The notes beneath the pieces were generated by a model. It did not search any database and had not been told where the DNA came from. It saw only the letters and a list, made by a program, of their open reading frames with translations. From positions 1 to 39,540 of the forward strand of contig JAVECL010000178.1 in assembly GCA_051942245.1 (NCBI GenBank): a stretch of DNA of 39,540 nt, read 5' to 3'. The position numbers and the translations under genes were made by a program. This document shows, in pieces, positions 1 to 12,404 of this stretch. This DNA comes from Trypethelium eluteriae. Taxonomy: Eukaryota. How positions within the stretch are numbered: the first letter of the stretch is position 1; each line of letters opens with the position of its first letter.

Positions 1-1195
1 AGGTAGAAGAGGTGGGGGCCTTGGGTACCGAGGAAGTAGTGGGAGGAGGAAGGGCGGCCGCTAGATTGGGAAAGTTAGCTTTTGGGCTGGACGGTGGGAC
101 TCGGTGGTGAAGGAAGGAGAGACATGGCAAAGACTCACCCCGCGATACCGGCGGAATGCGGCATCTGGAGTGCGGCTTTGAGGGCTTCCCAGTAGACCGG
201 AGTTACGCGGTCGATGCCGAGTCTGATGCCAAGGAGGATTAAGGTAGGGTGGAACTGGCCGTCTTCGGATTTAGCGACAGAGAAGAAGTTGTCTTCGTAG
301 ACATCGGAGCTATCGCCTGTACTATAGACTCGAAGACCTGCTCCTGGATGCTGATCTGTAAGGGCCCTGAGAAGTTAGCAAAGGTTACTGGGCATGACCG
401 GTGAGCTTACTTGATACACCGTGCCGTCGCTGACGGACCAAACCATTCCCCTGGGTGCTTTCCACATGCAGATGCACCGTGTTCCACGAATTTGTGGATA
501 GAGAATGGGGTTTTCGGGTCATCAGCGAAGAGAGATATCAAGCGCCTTTCTTCTGCGTCGTTCTTCCCTCTTCTCCAATCTGTAACCACGAGTTAGCTAG
601 TTTTGACTTCCGAATGTCCCAGCACAGTCGTACCCCTCCCAAGCTGTTGTATAAGCAGCGAGTTCGCTAGTAACGTTTGTCCCGATCGTATCATACATCC
701 CCAGCCCGAATCCGACGTAAACCCATTCTGATTCGCGAGTTGTTGTTTTAATCGTACTGAGAAGCTCATCGACGATGCTGCCTTGGGATCTTGTGACTTG
801 GGTATGAGCGGGAAGCCAGACCGATAAGTCAGCCATATCTTGGACTCGAAATCGTCCATGAATGGCTCAGGCCAGTTCCCCCCATTTTCCGCCGCGGCGA
901 CCTCCACATCATATGCGGTCGAGTCGTCAAAGCTACTGCTCAGGCTGCTGTCTCCCGTATCGGAGGTGGTGGAGGTCGATGTGGCATGAGACGGGGGCGA
1001 CGAACTCGTAATGGAGGAGTCTCGATTTCCTGAACTTGGCGATTGATTCGAAGCATATCTTTGGCCAAGACACCAGATATCCGAGCTGTCGTCATTTCTT
1101 GGTAAGGGGTCCCAGAAATACTGAACAAGCCGTTTGCTATATCTACCGATATCGTTGGTCATGGTTTCTGATTGAATCTGTGATAACGGCGCCAT
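1..1195 (-). CDS. ATG4: Autophagy cysteine protease Atg4 (peptidase C54); 3' end runs off the window
   Basis: Catalytic motif [15 protein letters not shown], then [12 protein letters not shown] and [17 protein letters not shown]. Introns read at 580-633, 367-410 and 61-138 (GT..CTAAC..AG) keep the frame. Start may be 1162 (MTND) instead of 1195. Confidence 0.96.
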
Positions 1196-1873
1196 AACCT
1201 GGACGTGATCATGCGAGTGTTGTAAGAAAAACGTTCGAGACTCCTTGAAGCTTTCCAGACAAATTCGTCAAGACTCGGATAAGTGGATGACGACCTACTC
1301 GAGTCGAGTGCTCTAGGAAGATGACGGTGGGAAAGGTTAGAGTTGAAACCCGTTTCAAGAAGCCAACGACTTTTATCTGCCTGCGGCCCTCCACCTCCAA
1401 ACGACGTTTTAGACCCGAGTTGTTTGTTCTGGCAGAGAGACTGTTTAGGAATATCGAGGACAATGTAAGGCCAAGAGATCGAAGGGCACGAGGGGTGATG
1501 CAGCTGCCCCTCGTGCCTGGCGGCGGGAGGAATGAGAGAGGTCTACGACAGGGAAGCCGAGCTTATCGATAAGTGACGACATCTGGCTTGAGCTTGAGCT
1601 ACATGCCCTGATGTGCAATAGACTTTTGGTGATGGCGACTTTGACACTCACTTTCTTCCCAGAACGGCAGCATTTAATTTCCCGTCAGATACATTCACCA
1701 GACCTGCGTCACCTAGCGCCCCACCTTATCTTCTCGCGATTTCCTTCTGTCACCGCCGCCACGCTCTCATCATGTCAACAACCTCCGAGAGACCTTAATG
1801 TATCTTCTATACTCCCCTTTGTTGTCGATACTCGAGAGCGTCGCAGCCAGCCAAAGCATATCTGGACTTCAAT

Positions 1874-4215
1874 ATGGCGAGAAGCAAGCATGGTAAGCCG
1901 CCTCATGGGAAGAATGGAGGTCGTGGAGGGAGGAAAAATCCACACAGGCGCAACTTTTCGGACGCGTCTTCATGGTCAAACCCCACTACAGCTGTTGGTA
2001 AGTTCAACCCCTTTCTCTACCAAAACAGTCAGTTTACGATTCTGTCATAATAGCATCAGAACCTACCTCAGGTTTCTCTCTTAGAGATACTGCCGTCAAC
2101 ACTGGACGCCGGGACAATCTCGTTCAGTCCAGTGAGCGGTTGTGGCGCCGGCCGGTAGTCTTTGTCAGTCCCATTGAAAATGCGCTACCACCGCCCCTGA
2201 TCGAAATCGAAGATACCTCTCGCACGGAGGCGTGTCCGCCGAAATCGGACAATGCACCGAGTGAGGATGTTCCGAGTGCAGCGTTGGCTTCCATGAATCT
2301 TCTAGCAGAGTTAATGGGGACTACAGACCTGACAAACACAAAAGAGATGCCGACACCTGTCATTCAATCTGGTATCGGAGAAAGTTCTGGCCTTGATAGG
2401 TATACCGCACAACCAGGATTTATGTCGGGTGAGGTTGGATCGGGCGCAAAGCCAGGGTTGGGATCCTCAATACCTGGTCTTCGATGTTCATCCCCGACGC
2501 CTTCCAATTCCAGCGAAGAGGTTATTGTATTCACTGGCAGGAATCCTGCAAAGGCTAGCAACACGGAACAGACTCCACACAACTCTGCAGCGCCTCGCCA
2601 GCCACTAGCTATGTTGGAGGCGGATCATGCTGGAGACAGATCAGGAGCGGCAGCAGGTGGTTTACTTGCACAAAATTCACCGCCACAAGTCACGCTGCCT
2701 GAGTGGAACGACGTGGGCCGCGATTGGGTACACAGGGATGAAAAGGCAAGTCGTCGCTCAAAGAAAGCCCGTAAGAGGCAAAATCGGGATCTACTGGGCC
2801 TCGATCCTGACTCGATGGATGATTACATCTCCAACTTAGTTGAGAACAATAATGATGACGTTCTACGGCAGAGGGTGTTTACCGGCACGCGACCCTTGTC
2901 GCTTGACGACGGACTGGACAATTTTGTTGTAAGTGCCATTTTCTTGATGACGCTTACTAGCGATCAAAACACGCCTTTGCTTCGGAACAGGAACTAACTC
3001 TACTACTCAGCTCGATGCGAGTCATCCGCCCCTTCTGGAGTGGGACCCAAAGACTGAAGATGGCAGAGACGAGGGTGCTGAGGATGCTGAGGATAATGAG
3101 GATGAGGTCGACGAGGAAGATGATTCGGAGTCTGAAGATGATGATGATGATGACGATGATATGGGTAGGTTATCGGATGAAGAGGATCTGATAGAGCGGA
3201 GGAAGGCTCGTATGACTGATGAACAGATTGCCCGAATCTTATCAAAGCAGGAAGAATTGGGAATGGGCTCTGCTGACATTGTTTTATTTGATGATTTAGA
3301 CGACGATGATGGCGATGAATTTGAAAAGTACGTTTACGGCTCCGGTTACGGTCCGGGCCACGGTGTCCATGCTCGTGCGGAGGGTAACGCAAGGGACAAG
3401 AAGTCGGGAAAGAAAGGACCATCGGTGGAACAGCAACAGTACGGAGACTTTGATTTGATGGATTTTGAACCCCCGAGTGTTCCACGGAGCTCAAGGCGTC
3501 GTGGTCTCGACGAAGCCGCCAGTTGGTTGGACCCAGACTTGCGCGAAACTATGCTAAACGCCTGGGGTGCGGACCGAGAGAAGAAGCGGTTGAAGAAAGC
3601 CGAGCGACAAAGGCTTCGCAAGCTTGGTTTGCTTGGGAGGAAAAAGGGCAAGGTCAATCTCGCTGCGAAGTACCCGCAGGGAATCTCGAAACAACAGATC
3701 ATGAACGAGATACGGGATTTTCTCTCGTCCCCGCACCAAAGGTAGGAATATACTGTTCCTTACATAGACTGCGCTGACCGCCGTACAGCCTCCCATTTCC
3801 TCCTATGGACAAGGATGAGCGGAGGCAGCTCCATCAGGCGGCGACCGCGTTCAAGCTTAAATCAAAATCTGTCGGCTCAGGTGCTTCTCGATTTCCGGTT
3901 CTGATCAGGACCTCGAGGACCGTGGCAATCGACGACGACACTGCTTTTGCCCATGCGGATAATAGATACGACCAGCCATTACGCCGGGGCGTCAAGAAAG
4001 ACAGGTCCAGGAAACCCAACGCCATGTCCAAGGCAACCTACATGGATGGCGACATCGTCGGCTCCTCCGCTCCGGAGCTGGGTGCGGATAATAAGGGTAG
4101 AGCTATGATGGAGAAGATGGGATGGACTCATGGGATGGCGCTTGGGCTGAAGAACGAGGGAATCTTACACCCTATCGAGCACAGGGTCAAGAATTCCAAG
4201 GCTGGGTTGGCTTGA
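1874..4215 (+). CDS. SQS1: R3H + G-patch domain protein, Sqs1/Pfa1-like (Prp43 helicase cofactor)
   Basis: Exons 1874-1997, 2072-2928, 3011-3741, 3789-4215 join in frame. Acidic tract, R3H (PPMDKDERRQLHQAATAFKLKSKS) and C-terminal G-patch (NKGRAMMEKMGWTHGMALG..GILHPI). Confidence 0.88.
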
Positions 4216-5635
4216 ATGCGCTTCGCCTTATGATGTAACTACAATGCCTAGCTAGTGGGAAAAAACTCACATAGTTAGATCATAGAGTACGAATTCGAAA
4301 TTCCAAGCTCTACTAAATTGTGCTAGAACTGTGTGTGTTGGTGTAGATCGTTGTCACGGACAAAGTGGATTTATTTCGTGCGGGTTTGAAGCCACAACTT
4401 TTATATTTGACCTACCGCGGTTGGGGGGTGCCTCGACTTGTAATCAATGCAATGCCATTTTAGCTTTACTGTGATGACCTTATTGGCCCATGTCAACGCT
4501 GCCTTGACAGATCGGTCAACATCGTCATAATTGTAAAGCCAAAATAACATTGTATTGATTACAAGTCGAGGCACCCCCCAAACCGCCTTAAGGTACACAC
4601 ATGACAACTCGCATAATACACCTGTCAGTTGATCTCCCATCGCGACAGAACCAGGAAGTTATCTAGTCAACAAAAGCTTTGCTTAACATGTCATACCAAT
4701 TGGATCTCTAATGGCGATCATGCAAGATAGGATATAACATGCCCCATAGACAAGACACAAAACTCGATGATCCTGGAACACAACCCATCGATGAGGATCG
4801 ACAAATCCCGTATGCACAATCATGGCGTGTCAGAACATTGTAGCCTGGAACCTCCGTATGCAAGGCACTATCGCAATCCACTTACAGTCACCTTGGCAGT
4901 CGGCCTTCCAAACCCAAGGTGCCTCCCAGCAAAAGCAGAGATATCTCTCATACAGCTCCTGGACCCCTCAGGCTCTTCTCAAATCTTTCGGACATCCCTC
5001 GATGCCATCAAATCTCATCTCTCGCGCCTCGACCGTTGGCATTTGCATACCAAAAAATACCGGCCTCGCAGCTTGTCTGAACCCTCGATGCACACAGTCT
5101 CAATGCTCTACTGTATTCACTATCACCACCGGGGCTTCCCACAAACGTCTTGTCTGGGGCTGTATAACCAACCACGAGTTAGGTGCTCTGTGTGCGGAGT
5201 GAACCCTTCGAACGCAATGCAAGCCACTCTATCTCTGCAAGAGGGGAGCGATCGGAAAATTTGGCTAGGCGAAGAGGGTAGATTCGAGGATACCAATGGT
5301 AGAATAGGTGGAATAGGCGCCTGACGTAGATAATCAAGACGAGAAATTGGCAGCATGTCGGTCCCTATAACCATCAGGCAAGGCGTTCCAAGTGATCGCA
5401 GCCCGAGAAATTTGCGAATAGTCCGATATGAGGTGGACATCCTCCTGCCCTGCAGTACAATTCCTGGGACTGAAGACTTACACAAAAATCACCTGGCAAC
5501 TTAATCAGATCGCAGATCTGCTACGTGCAGTGAAATATGGATGGAAGCATGTCTTTTGCAGGAATATTGTAGCTTGGGTTTACCAAATTTAAGATATACA
5601 GGTAATTATTGCCCATGCCCTAGTCATGTGGTACC

Positions 5636-7336
5636 TCAACGACACTTGTAAGTCCCTGCCAAACTCCCTACCTCGATGTTAGGATACACAACTCCTGTTA
5701 TGTTAGCAACCTTTTCCAGCGACTCAGAATTGTGGACAAGGTCTATGGCAGATCCATGAGCACCCAAAATGAGCGATGATCGTGGTACACCGTCTTGCGC
5801 GGCATTCAAGATGAACTGCCGCGCGTAGCCAGCATCCCACCTCAGAGCATCTGACGTTGAATATCCCGGAACAGAGCCTGGATCGACGACGTCCGCGACG
5901 TAGACCACTACGCCAGTGCCGTTCTTGGGACAAGAAGAAGTTGCGATGCCGTAGCTCCAGTCGACGGCGTGTGGGTTCTCTTCCCGCCAAAACGATCGAA
6001 ACTGCACGTTGCCGTCATCTAAAATGAAAGGCTGCTCCTGCGTATAGGTCACAAACTCGACCTGGCCGCCATTGACATTCGTATAATAAGCCCTCGCGAT
6101 CTCGGGCACGACAAGCTTTGCACCTGCAGCAACGTAGTCACCCACGCCCCCAGCGTGGTCTCGGTGGTGATGGGAAGGGACCACATGAGTGATGTTTTTC
6201 CGAGAGTTCTCCTTCACCCAGTTGAGAAGAATCTGAGAGCGAAAGGGAGAGGCGTCGGTGATCAAGAATCCTTCATCGAACTCGACCAGGAGCTGCACGT
6301 AGTCAGCATATCCAACGTAGACGGACTTGATTGCCGGGACGCCTGGAACAGGATACTCCACCACTACGTCGGAGATATCGAAAGTGAATGGACCATCCCA
6401 CAGAGCTGACTCAAAAAATTCGTGTACCTCCGACCTGGGGTACTCCAGGCTCTGGGCGGGAGCCTTGCGGGTGGTGTTGGACTTGGGCTCGAAGTAATCA
6501 GCAGGCCATGTGGGATTAATGCTCATGTTATCCACAAAAAAGTCCTCCACCATGTTAACTGTGTTGTACACAGTCTGGAACCGCTGTGGTAGAAGCACAG
6601 AGCCGAACATGCTATAATTTGAAAAGATTACGTCACTGGTGGACCGTCCAAATATCTTGTGCTGCTCGTACGAGCGAACCATGTACGGAAGATGATTGTT
6701 GATTACCAGTGTCAGTCCAAGCTTGGGATGGTCTATTGCTGGCAGGACTGCCCCGGTCAAGGGATCTTCAAGCTGATGAGCTGCTAATGATGGAGCAGCA
6801 ACGAATTGTTTGATTAGCCACGGAATAGCAAATTGATGCGCTTGGTGCACAAGATAGTCCGCCAGGTAGGCATCCGCGTATCCAAGGGCCTCCGTAGGAT
6901 CGTCTGCGTAGAAGGAGTTTTGGCCTTGGTTGAAACAAGCAAACCCCTGAGGACCGTCTTGAAGAACCATCGAGTAATTCATCTCGGGTACGAGGTCAGG
7001 CCATGCCCAGATCCAGTAATCATTGTAACGGTAGCCCCGATCGATGCGTTCATGGAGCGTATTGTTTCCCTCCTTGAATGACATGATCTGGGACCCAGCA
7101 GCGGACACTGATTGATCTGAGCGCATGAGCTTATAGTTCTGTGTTAGAGTCTGACTGCGATATATGGTCAAAGCCTCGTAGGAGAAGCTGTTGATGCTGT
7201 TGAGGACATCGATGCCGCCCAGGGCTTTGACGGTTTCCTGAAGAATTTGTGAAGCATTGACGTAGGAACTTCGGGCTTGAACCGAATGCGCGCCCACAGA
7301 TACAATTAAGGAATATAAAGGAGCAGAAACAAGCAT
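5636..7336 (-). CDS. Secreted metallo-beta-lactamase-fold hydrolase, intronless
   Basis: Long ORF (track 5636..7435). Signal-like MLVSAPLYSLIVSVGAHSVQA from ATG 7336. HxHxDH motif (SHHHRDHAGG), LITDA strand, later NPHAVD, VADV and GAHG ligand candidates. Confidence 0.85.
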   Translation of the reverse strand: MLVSAPLYSLIVSVGAHSVQARSSYVNASQILQETVKALGGIDVLNSINSFSYEALTIYRSQTLTQNYKLMRSDQSVSAAGSQIMSFKEGNNTLHERIDRGYRYNDYWIWAWPDLVPEMNYSMVLQDGPQGFACFNQGQNSFYADDPTEALGYADAYLADYLVHQAHQFAIPWLIKQFVAAPSLAAHQLEDPLTGAVLPAIDHPKLGLTLVINNHLPYMVRSYEQHKIFGRSTSDVIFSNYSMFGSVLLPQRFQTVYNTVNMVEDFFVDNMSINPTWPADYFEPKSNTTRKAPAQSLEYPRSEVHEFFESALWDGPFTFDISDVVVEYPVPGVPAIKSVYVGYADYVQLLVEFDEGFLITDASPFRSQILLNWVKENSRKNITHVVPSHHHRDHAGGVGDYVAAGAKLVVPEIARAYYTNVNGGQVEFVTYTQEQPFILDDGNVQFRSFWREENPHAVDWSYGIATSSCPKNGTGVVVYVADVVDPGSVPGYSTSDALRWDAGYARQFILNAAQDGVPRSSLILGAHGSAIDLVHNSESLEKVANITGVVYPNIEVGSLAGTYKCR

Positions 7337-7561
7337 TTTAGGGGTGAGATCATAAGTTGAAGCTGATGATTGGAAGACGTGTATCGATGCAGTTCTGTAT
7401 CCATCGGGAAGAGCATAGGGGATTATATACTTCACCTTCGTGAATAAACTCTACTGAAAGCATTCTGGATGATTTCTTCCGACTTATTTGTATGTTTCTC
7501 GCGCTTTGCCATGTATGTTCATTGCCTTGCACACTCAGCCTCCTTAACCACGCAAAATGGA

Positions 7562-7596
7562 AGCTTTGGAGAGCTTCGGAGAGCTTCGGAGAACGG
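7562..7596. repeat. 10-bp tandem repeat (AGCTTCGGAG x3) upstream of the MBL gene
   Basis: agctttggag-agcttcggag-agcttcggag-aacgg seen directly; regulatory role not established. Confidence 0.6.
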
Positions 7597-9457
7597 AAAG
7601 CATTAAACTCCGAATGGCAGTGACGACGTTCAATTTGCGATGAGAGATCAACTGCTTACATGCAGAGCGCGGAGCTTACTGAGGGAGCCTTCAACGCGTC
7701 GAAACGCGTCATAGACTTGTTGAACGCATCCGATAGGATAGTAGCGAGATGTCGCTGAAGGTCTGGCTGTCTTGGTCTAGAGTAGAGTATCGGAGATGGA
7801 TGAATATTTGGCCGATCTGCCAAGACTCGATGATATTGGAGGCGCCCGAAATTTCGCTGAGAACTCCTTGAGCAATTGTGAATCTACGTTCGATGGCCGT
7901 GCTTTTGACTTATTCCTTTTCTTCATCATTTCTTGTAGTCCTTACCGCAAGCTTTGATACTTCGCCCCATAGGCTTCCGATGTCTCTATTGGGGGCCCAA
8001 CGCTGTGGAGATAAAGAGATCATCCACGCCCACTGTCACCAATCTTCGGGCTATCATTGCCCTCCAGGATGCTCTTCGTCCTGCTTGTGTAGCGTATCAA
8101 GGAAATCGACTCTGAAAATCTTCGTCCGTTACCCGAGTACCACCGGTGATGTTGGACTACCATGAACATCCTTTTACGTGTCAGCTGTCAGCATGCACAA
8201 CTCTAGAAGTAGTGATAGTTTGTATCCCCGGGGATGTTCTGGTAACATCGAGTGAGTGAACAGCGATTAGCTAGAGGTCTCCATAATGCGTTTTTCGTTG
8301 GACGAGCAGAGAGGGACGGTCTTCGAGATGAGAGCGCTTTTACCGCTTCCTTGCCTAGCTAGGGTTGTGCAGAAGATCTTTCACTCTTTCCTCCACGACA
8401 TTCTGAGCTCGAAGATGATTTTGATGCGTTCAAAGTGATTACATTTCCTTCAAACTCCTTGCTCCACGTCTGCAGATGTTGCAGATACTGAAGGATCTCA
8501 CCGAGTTCGCTTTTCGCCGCTCAAGTACACTTATGGCAAGGCATATAGTCGACCTTTGTGGCACCTCGTACAGAAATTCGAAATCAACGATGTCGACGTC
8601 TTGGCGCTGCCAGAAGGACTGAGTATGACTTCAACATCTTTTGTAATGGTATCGTGTGCAACTTTTGTTCTACTCCGGTATGATTTTAATCCACCCAAAC
8701 GACAGACACCTGATAGTTTGGGTGTGATGATCTCTTTCAGATGGATGAGTCCTGACGTCTTCGGCATTTCGAAAACATCTGATCGATTGCGCGGCAATAT
8801 GGATCTTCCCGGCCCTCCTCCAAAATTTCAAATCCACTGCAGAGCGAGGTGACTACTGTACACCGCCAGCGCGCGCCCAATGAGTAGCGTGGATGATCAT
8901 GATAAGCCCGGTGAACCATCAGATCGCAAAATGGAAAATTTAAGAGAGATTCGACGATTAACCGCTAGCTTGAGCGACTTCTGTCAAATAGAGAGCGTCA
9001 GTGTAGGGAGGCCCCTTCATCTCCGTTCCTAGTGGCGCCGGTGGCGTAGCTCAAAGTAGCTGAACGGTTCGATCCGAAAGGCCTAGTTGACGGTAGGAAA
9101 GCCGCTAAAGGAACTTCTGCGGCCCGAATCCGTGCTTCGCAGATCTACCTTTTCCCTTTTCGTCCCACCAAGAGCTTGCCTTCGTGCCTCCACATCTTTT
9201 GGGGAATGGTGTCTCATCGTCTGGTTCCTTTCTGTTAGAGGCATTGGACAAAGAGGCAGCACCGCAAATTAGGGTTGAGAGCAGCGTTGGTGTCTTTGGC
9301 CGTGTCATGTTTGCTTGTTCAATACCCGTCTTTTTTAATTATGCTGAGTTGCTCGGTCTTGTTTTCGTAGTCCGCTCTTCTGCGCAAAGAGTATTTCGAC
9401 ATTAATTCAAAGTCAATCAAAGAGAATAGTAGATCTCCTTAGGGCTGCTAGACAGAG

Positions 9458-10468
9458 ATGCCTATTCCCTTCTTACGCTCGTACACGGCATTTTCGTCGC
9501 ATCTACGACCACACGAATCCCCAACACCTGCAACAGACCTCGAGAAGAATGCACCAGGCAACTCCGCCAATGCGACACAAGCGATACCAACTCCTGTATA
9601 CCTTCCACCGGTAGATCCATCGTCCCTGCCACCGCGTCTCACCAAGTTTCAGAACCTCATTGGCATCAGCGTGCCCTCGGCGATTCGCAGTCAACAACCC
9701 CAACGTCCAGCGCAGAATCTAGGCATCTACAAACGCACAGTCGACCACGAAATCAAGATCAAGTATCAGTGGAAGCTCAGCACGTGGGTCGTGAATGCAG
9801 GTTACCTGCTCCAGATCATTGTCGGTGCTGCCCTCACAGCTCTCGGCGCCGCAAACGGGCCCAGTGCGGCCGTGACTATTCTTGGCGCGTTCAATACTAT
9901 ATGCGCAGGGTTACTTAGCTATTTGAAGGGGCAGGGTCTGCCAAATCGATTGGAGCAGCACTTCCAGCTGCTCCGCACTTTGAGGGAGCACATTGAAGAG
10001 CTAGAGCGAGATTTCGCTGAGCCAAACTGCGCCCTGGATGTCGATGAGGAGATCGAGCAGATCACGAGGATGTATCAGGATGTGAAGCAAACAGTGCAAG
10101 ATAATATGCCGGGGACAGTGTTACCGCCACGGGGCGCTGTTATCTCTTTAATGAAGAAGGCAAATACAAAGGGAAGAAACGAGGGTGAAGGGCTGGCTAC
10201 AACCGCAGTTGGAGGGGCACAGAGGGTTATGGCGGGTTTACAGGAGGTAAAGGAAAAGTATGAGGCTCAGAGACATAAAGCCCAGACAACTGTTGACGAG
10301 AAGAGGAAAGAGGCGATGGGCTTAGAAGAGAAACTTGAGCAAGAGCTTTCAGGTGAGGCAGAAGAGCATAGGAAAAGAGCTGGAGAGCAAGTTGAGGAAG
10401 TAGAGAGTAGCTTCAGGCACGTTGGGGAGGAGTTCGAGAAGTTGGGGACAGGAATAAGAAAATTGTGA
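9458..10468 (+). CDS. Fungal SLATT (SMODS/SLOG-associating 2TM) domain protein with charged coiled-coil tail
   Basis: 336-aa ORF. Two TM helices YLLQIIVGAALTALGA / AVTILGAFNTICAGLLSYL followed by KGQGLPNR, the pattern I recognise as the fungal SLATT family. Confidence 0.82.
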   Translation: MPIPFLRSYTAFSSHLRPHESPTPATDLEKNAPGNSANATQAIPTPVYLPPVDPSSLPPRLTKFQNLIGISVPSAIRSQQPQRPAQNLGIYKRTVDHEIKIKYQWKLSTWVVNAGYLLQIIVGAALTALGAANGPSAAVTILGAFNTICAGLLSYLKGQGLPNRLEQHFQLLRTLREHIEELERDFAEPNCALDVDEEIEQITRMYQDVKQTVQDNMPGTVLPPRGAVISLMKKANTKGRNEGEGLATTAVGGAQRVMAGLQEVKEKYEAQRHKAQTTVDEKRKEAMGLEEKLEQELSGEAEEHRKRAGEQVEEVESSFRHVGEEFEKLGTGIRKL

Positions 10469-12404
10469 TAGTACAGACCGGACCGTCATATTTGGTGCTA
10501 TGTTAGCATCTCATTCCAGGGGCTTATGAGATCTAAGATAGCCTGTCAAAATCTCACTCGCTGAAAGGGATAACGAGCCTGACTGAGCTTCAGAGATATG
10601 CACTTTCGCCACGCTCCCTTCGCTCCTGAGGCTATTTAGTCAGAATGAGGCTGGGTATATATGCGTAGGCACTCCGTAATGTTTAAGGAATCGCGACGTC
10701 GTAGCCCACAACTTCCAAAAATAGGCGGAAGATTTTGCCGTCCATTGTGTTGAGCCCCGCAACTAATATCATACCCAGTGAGTAGATGATGAATTATCTC
10801 TTGCTGTCCATTGCTCCCGCTTCATTTCTACTGATCTTTACAGAGTGTCATGGTGTTCCAAGCTTCCTTTGAAGACCCCAAGGTCTATGGAAGGTAGGAT
10901 CGCTGGGGCCCCTTCGAGTTCCTCAGGCCTTAATGGGTCAGAAAAGCCGAGAAGCGAAGCCAGTGGGTTGAGAAATCATCATTGGTGCATGCACAGCAAA
11001 GGTCGGGCATGTCGTTATTTTCGTAGCGTACATCAACGTCCAAGCCTGTGAATTGATGGCCTTGATAGAGAGACGCGGAACCGGCCAGTTGCTAGATAGC
11101 CAAACCCTAGCGACACCACACCACCAGATCTCGGGAGAAGATGAGTATCTTCCACTTATCAGGTCCGATGTTGTTATCTGTGCCCAATAGTGCACATCAT
11201 CAAGTTCCTTGCTTCTTGGGCGCTAAGCACGGACGCGAGTTCTGGGTTGGACTGGGACTGTGAGGGTCTGTTGTGAACTGTTGACCGTCGTTGTCGTTAC
11301 TCTAAGCTGCCAACACAGAGAGAAGTACCAAAACAATAGCGGAAGTATACCATAAAAATCTTAAGGATGGCTTTCTCAGCTATTGAGCAACAAACTCAAC
11401 AGTCTTACCAAGGAGGTTCAGAAGAGATGCAGTAGTTGAAACGAGAAGTCTTCCCCCTAGATGTCTCGCCAGGCACGCCAGGTCAACGCCTACACCAAGG
11501 CTTCGGCCTCGGAATCGGAGATAATTCTCGCCCGATGCGGTTGCCTTGCGCCAGGCCTCCGCCTCGCGAAGATCCACTCCACAACTTTGGCCTATGAACA
11601 TCTGCAATTAATGAGTTTGTGACGGCCCGCGCCTTGGATGAGCAGGCCACAAAAAGAAAAGGCTCAAAGAATGTGTTTTCGATTTCTCCGCAGCAGATCA
11701 TGATGCATTCTGCAATGTCCACTCGAGCACGTTGCGCAACGTACAGGTTCGGCGCGTCAATTAATTTAATTCTCTAGTACAGAAGACTTTTCGCATTTTG
11801 AAAAGTAGGAGTAAGGTTTTAAAAGAGTAGCTCAAGCGGAATTGCCCCAGAGTACTTTGACCGCGGCAACCAAGGCGTGCAAGCCCGCTTCGATACTGGA
11901 GGTGGAACCTGCTGTGTTGGTCTCCATTCCCCCTGAAACGATCATTCGGCTGGCACCCGCCCATCAATTTCACGGATCAGGGAGGAGCAAATACTCGTTT
12001 TATCAAGGGCGGCATCTCACGCACTGAATGGACGAGGAAGATACTCCTAGGAACTCAGAAGCGGCGGCCTCGATCATGATACAGAATGGACCTAAGGCTT
12101 GGTAATTGGTACGCACGATAGGAGATATTTGGGCTTTCTGACTGACGCTGGGACTTCGCAAGGCCTTGGAAGCTGGTCAATGCCTCTGTCGGGATATGTC
12201 CTGATCACCAGAGGAGCTTTGGAGGGCATTCGCTTGTTGGTAGCAATAACACTCGTTACAGCCTCACACGACTGGGCTATGAAGGTAGGAGTTATATATC
12301 TTTCATTACTGATTCCCTCTCTTCGCAAGTACAAGTCTTACCATAACTCATCTCAATCAAGCATTCTGCACTCTTTCGTGGCATTCAACTTTTATTTGGC
12401 TGTC

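Noticed and set aside
1209..2084. ORFs in the ATG4-SQS1 intergenic region
   Set aside because: Divergent promoter/UTR DNA; the true SQS1 first exon is in another frame.
4767..5485. Overlapping ORFs of 185, 126 and 120 aa
   Set aside because: No recognisable motif or splice model; may be a relic but unsupported.
9040..9078. tRNA-like A-box (TAGCTCAAAGTAG) and B-box (GGTTCGATCC)
   Set aside because: Only ~20 nt apart, with no anticodon arm, 5-bp T stem or acceptor stem.
7878..9405. Short ORFs on both strands between the MBL and SLATT genes
   Set aside because: Could not be joined into a consistent gene or assigned to a family.
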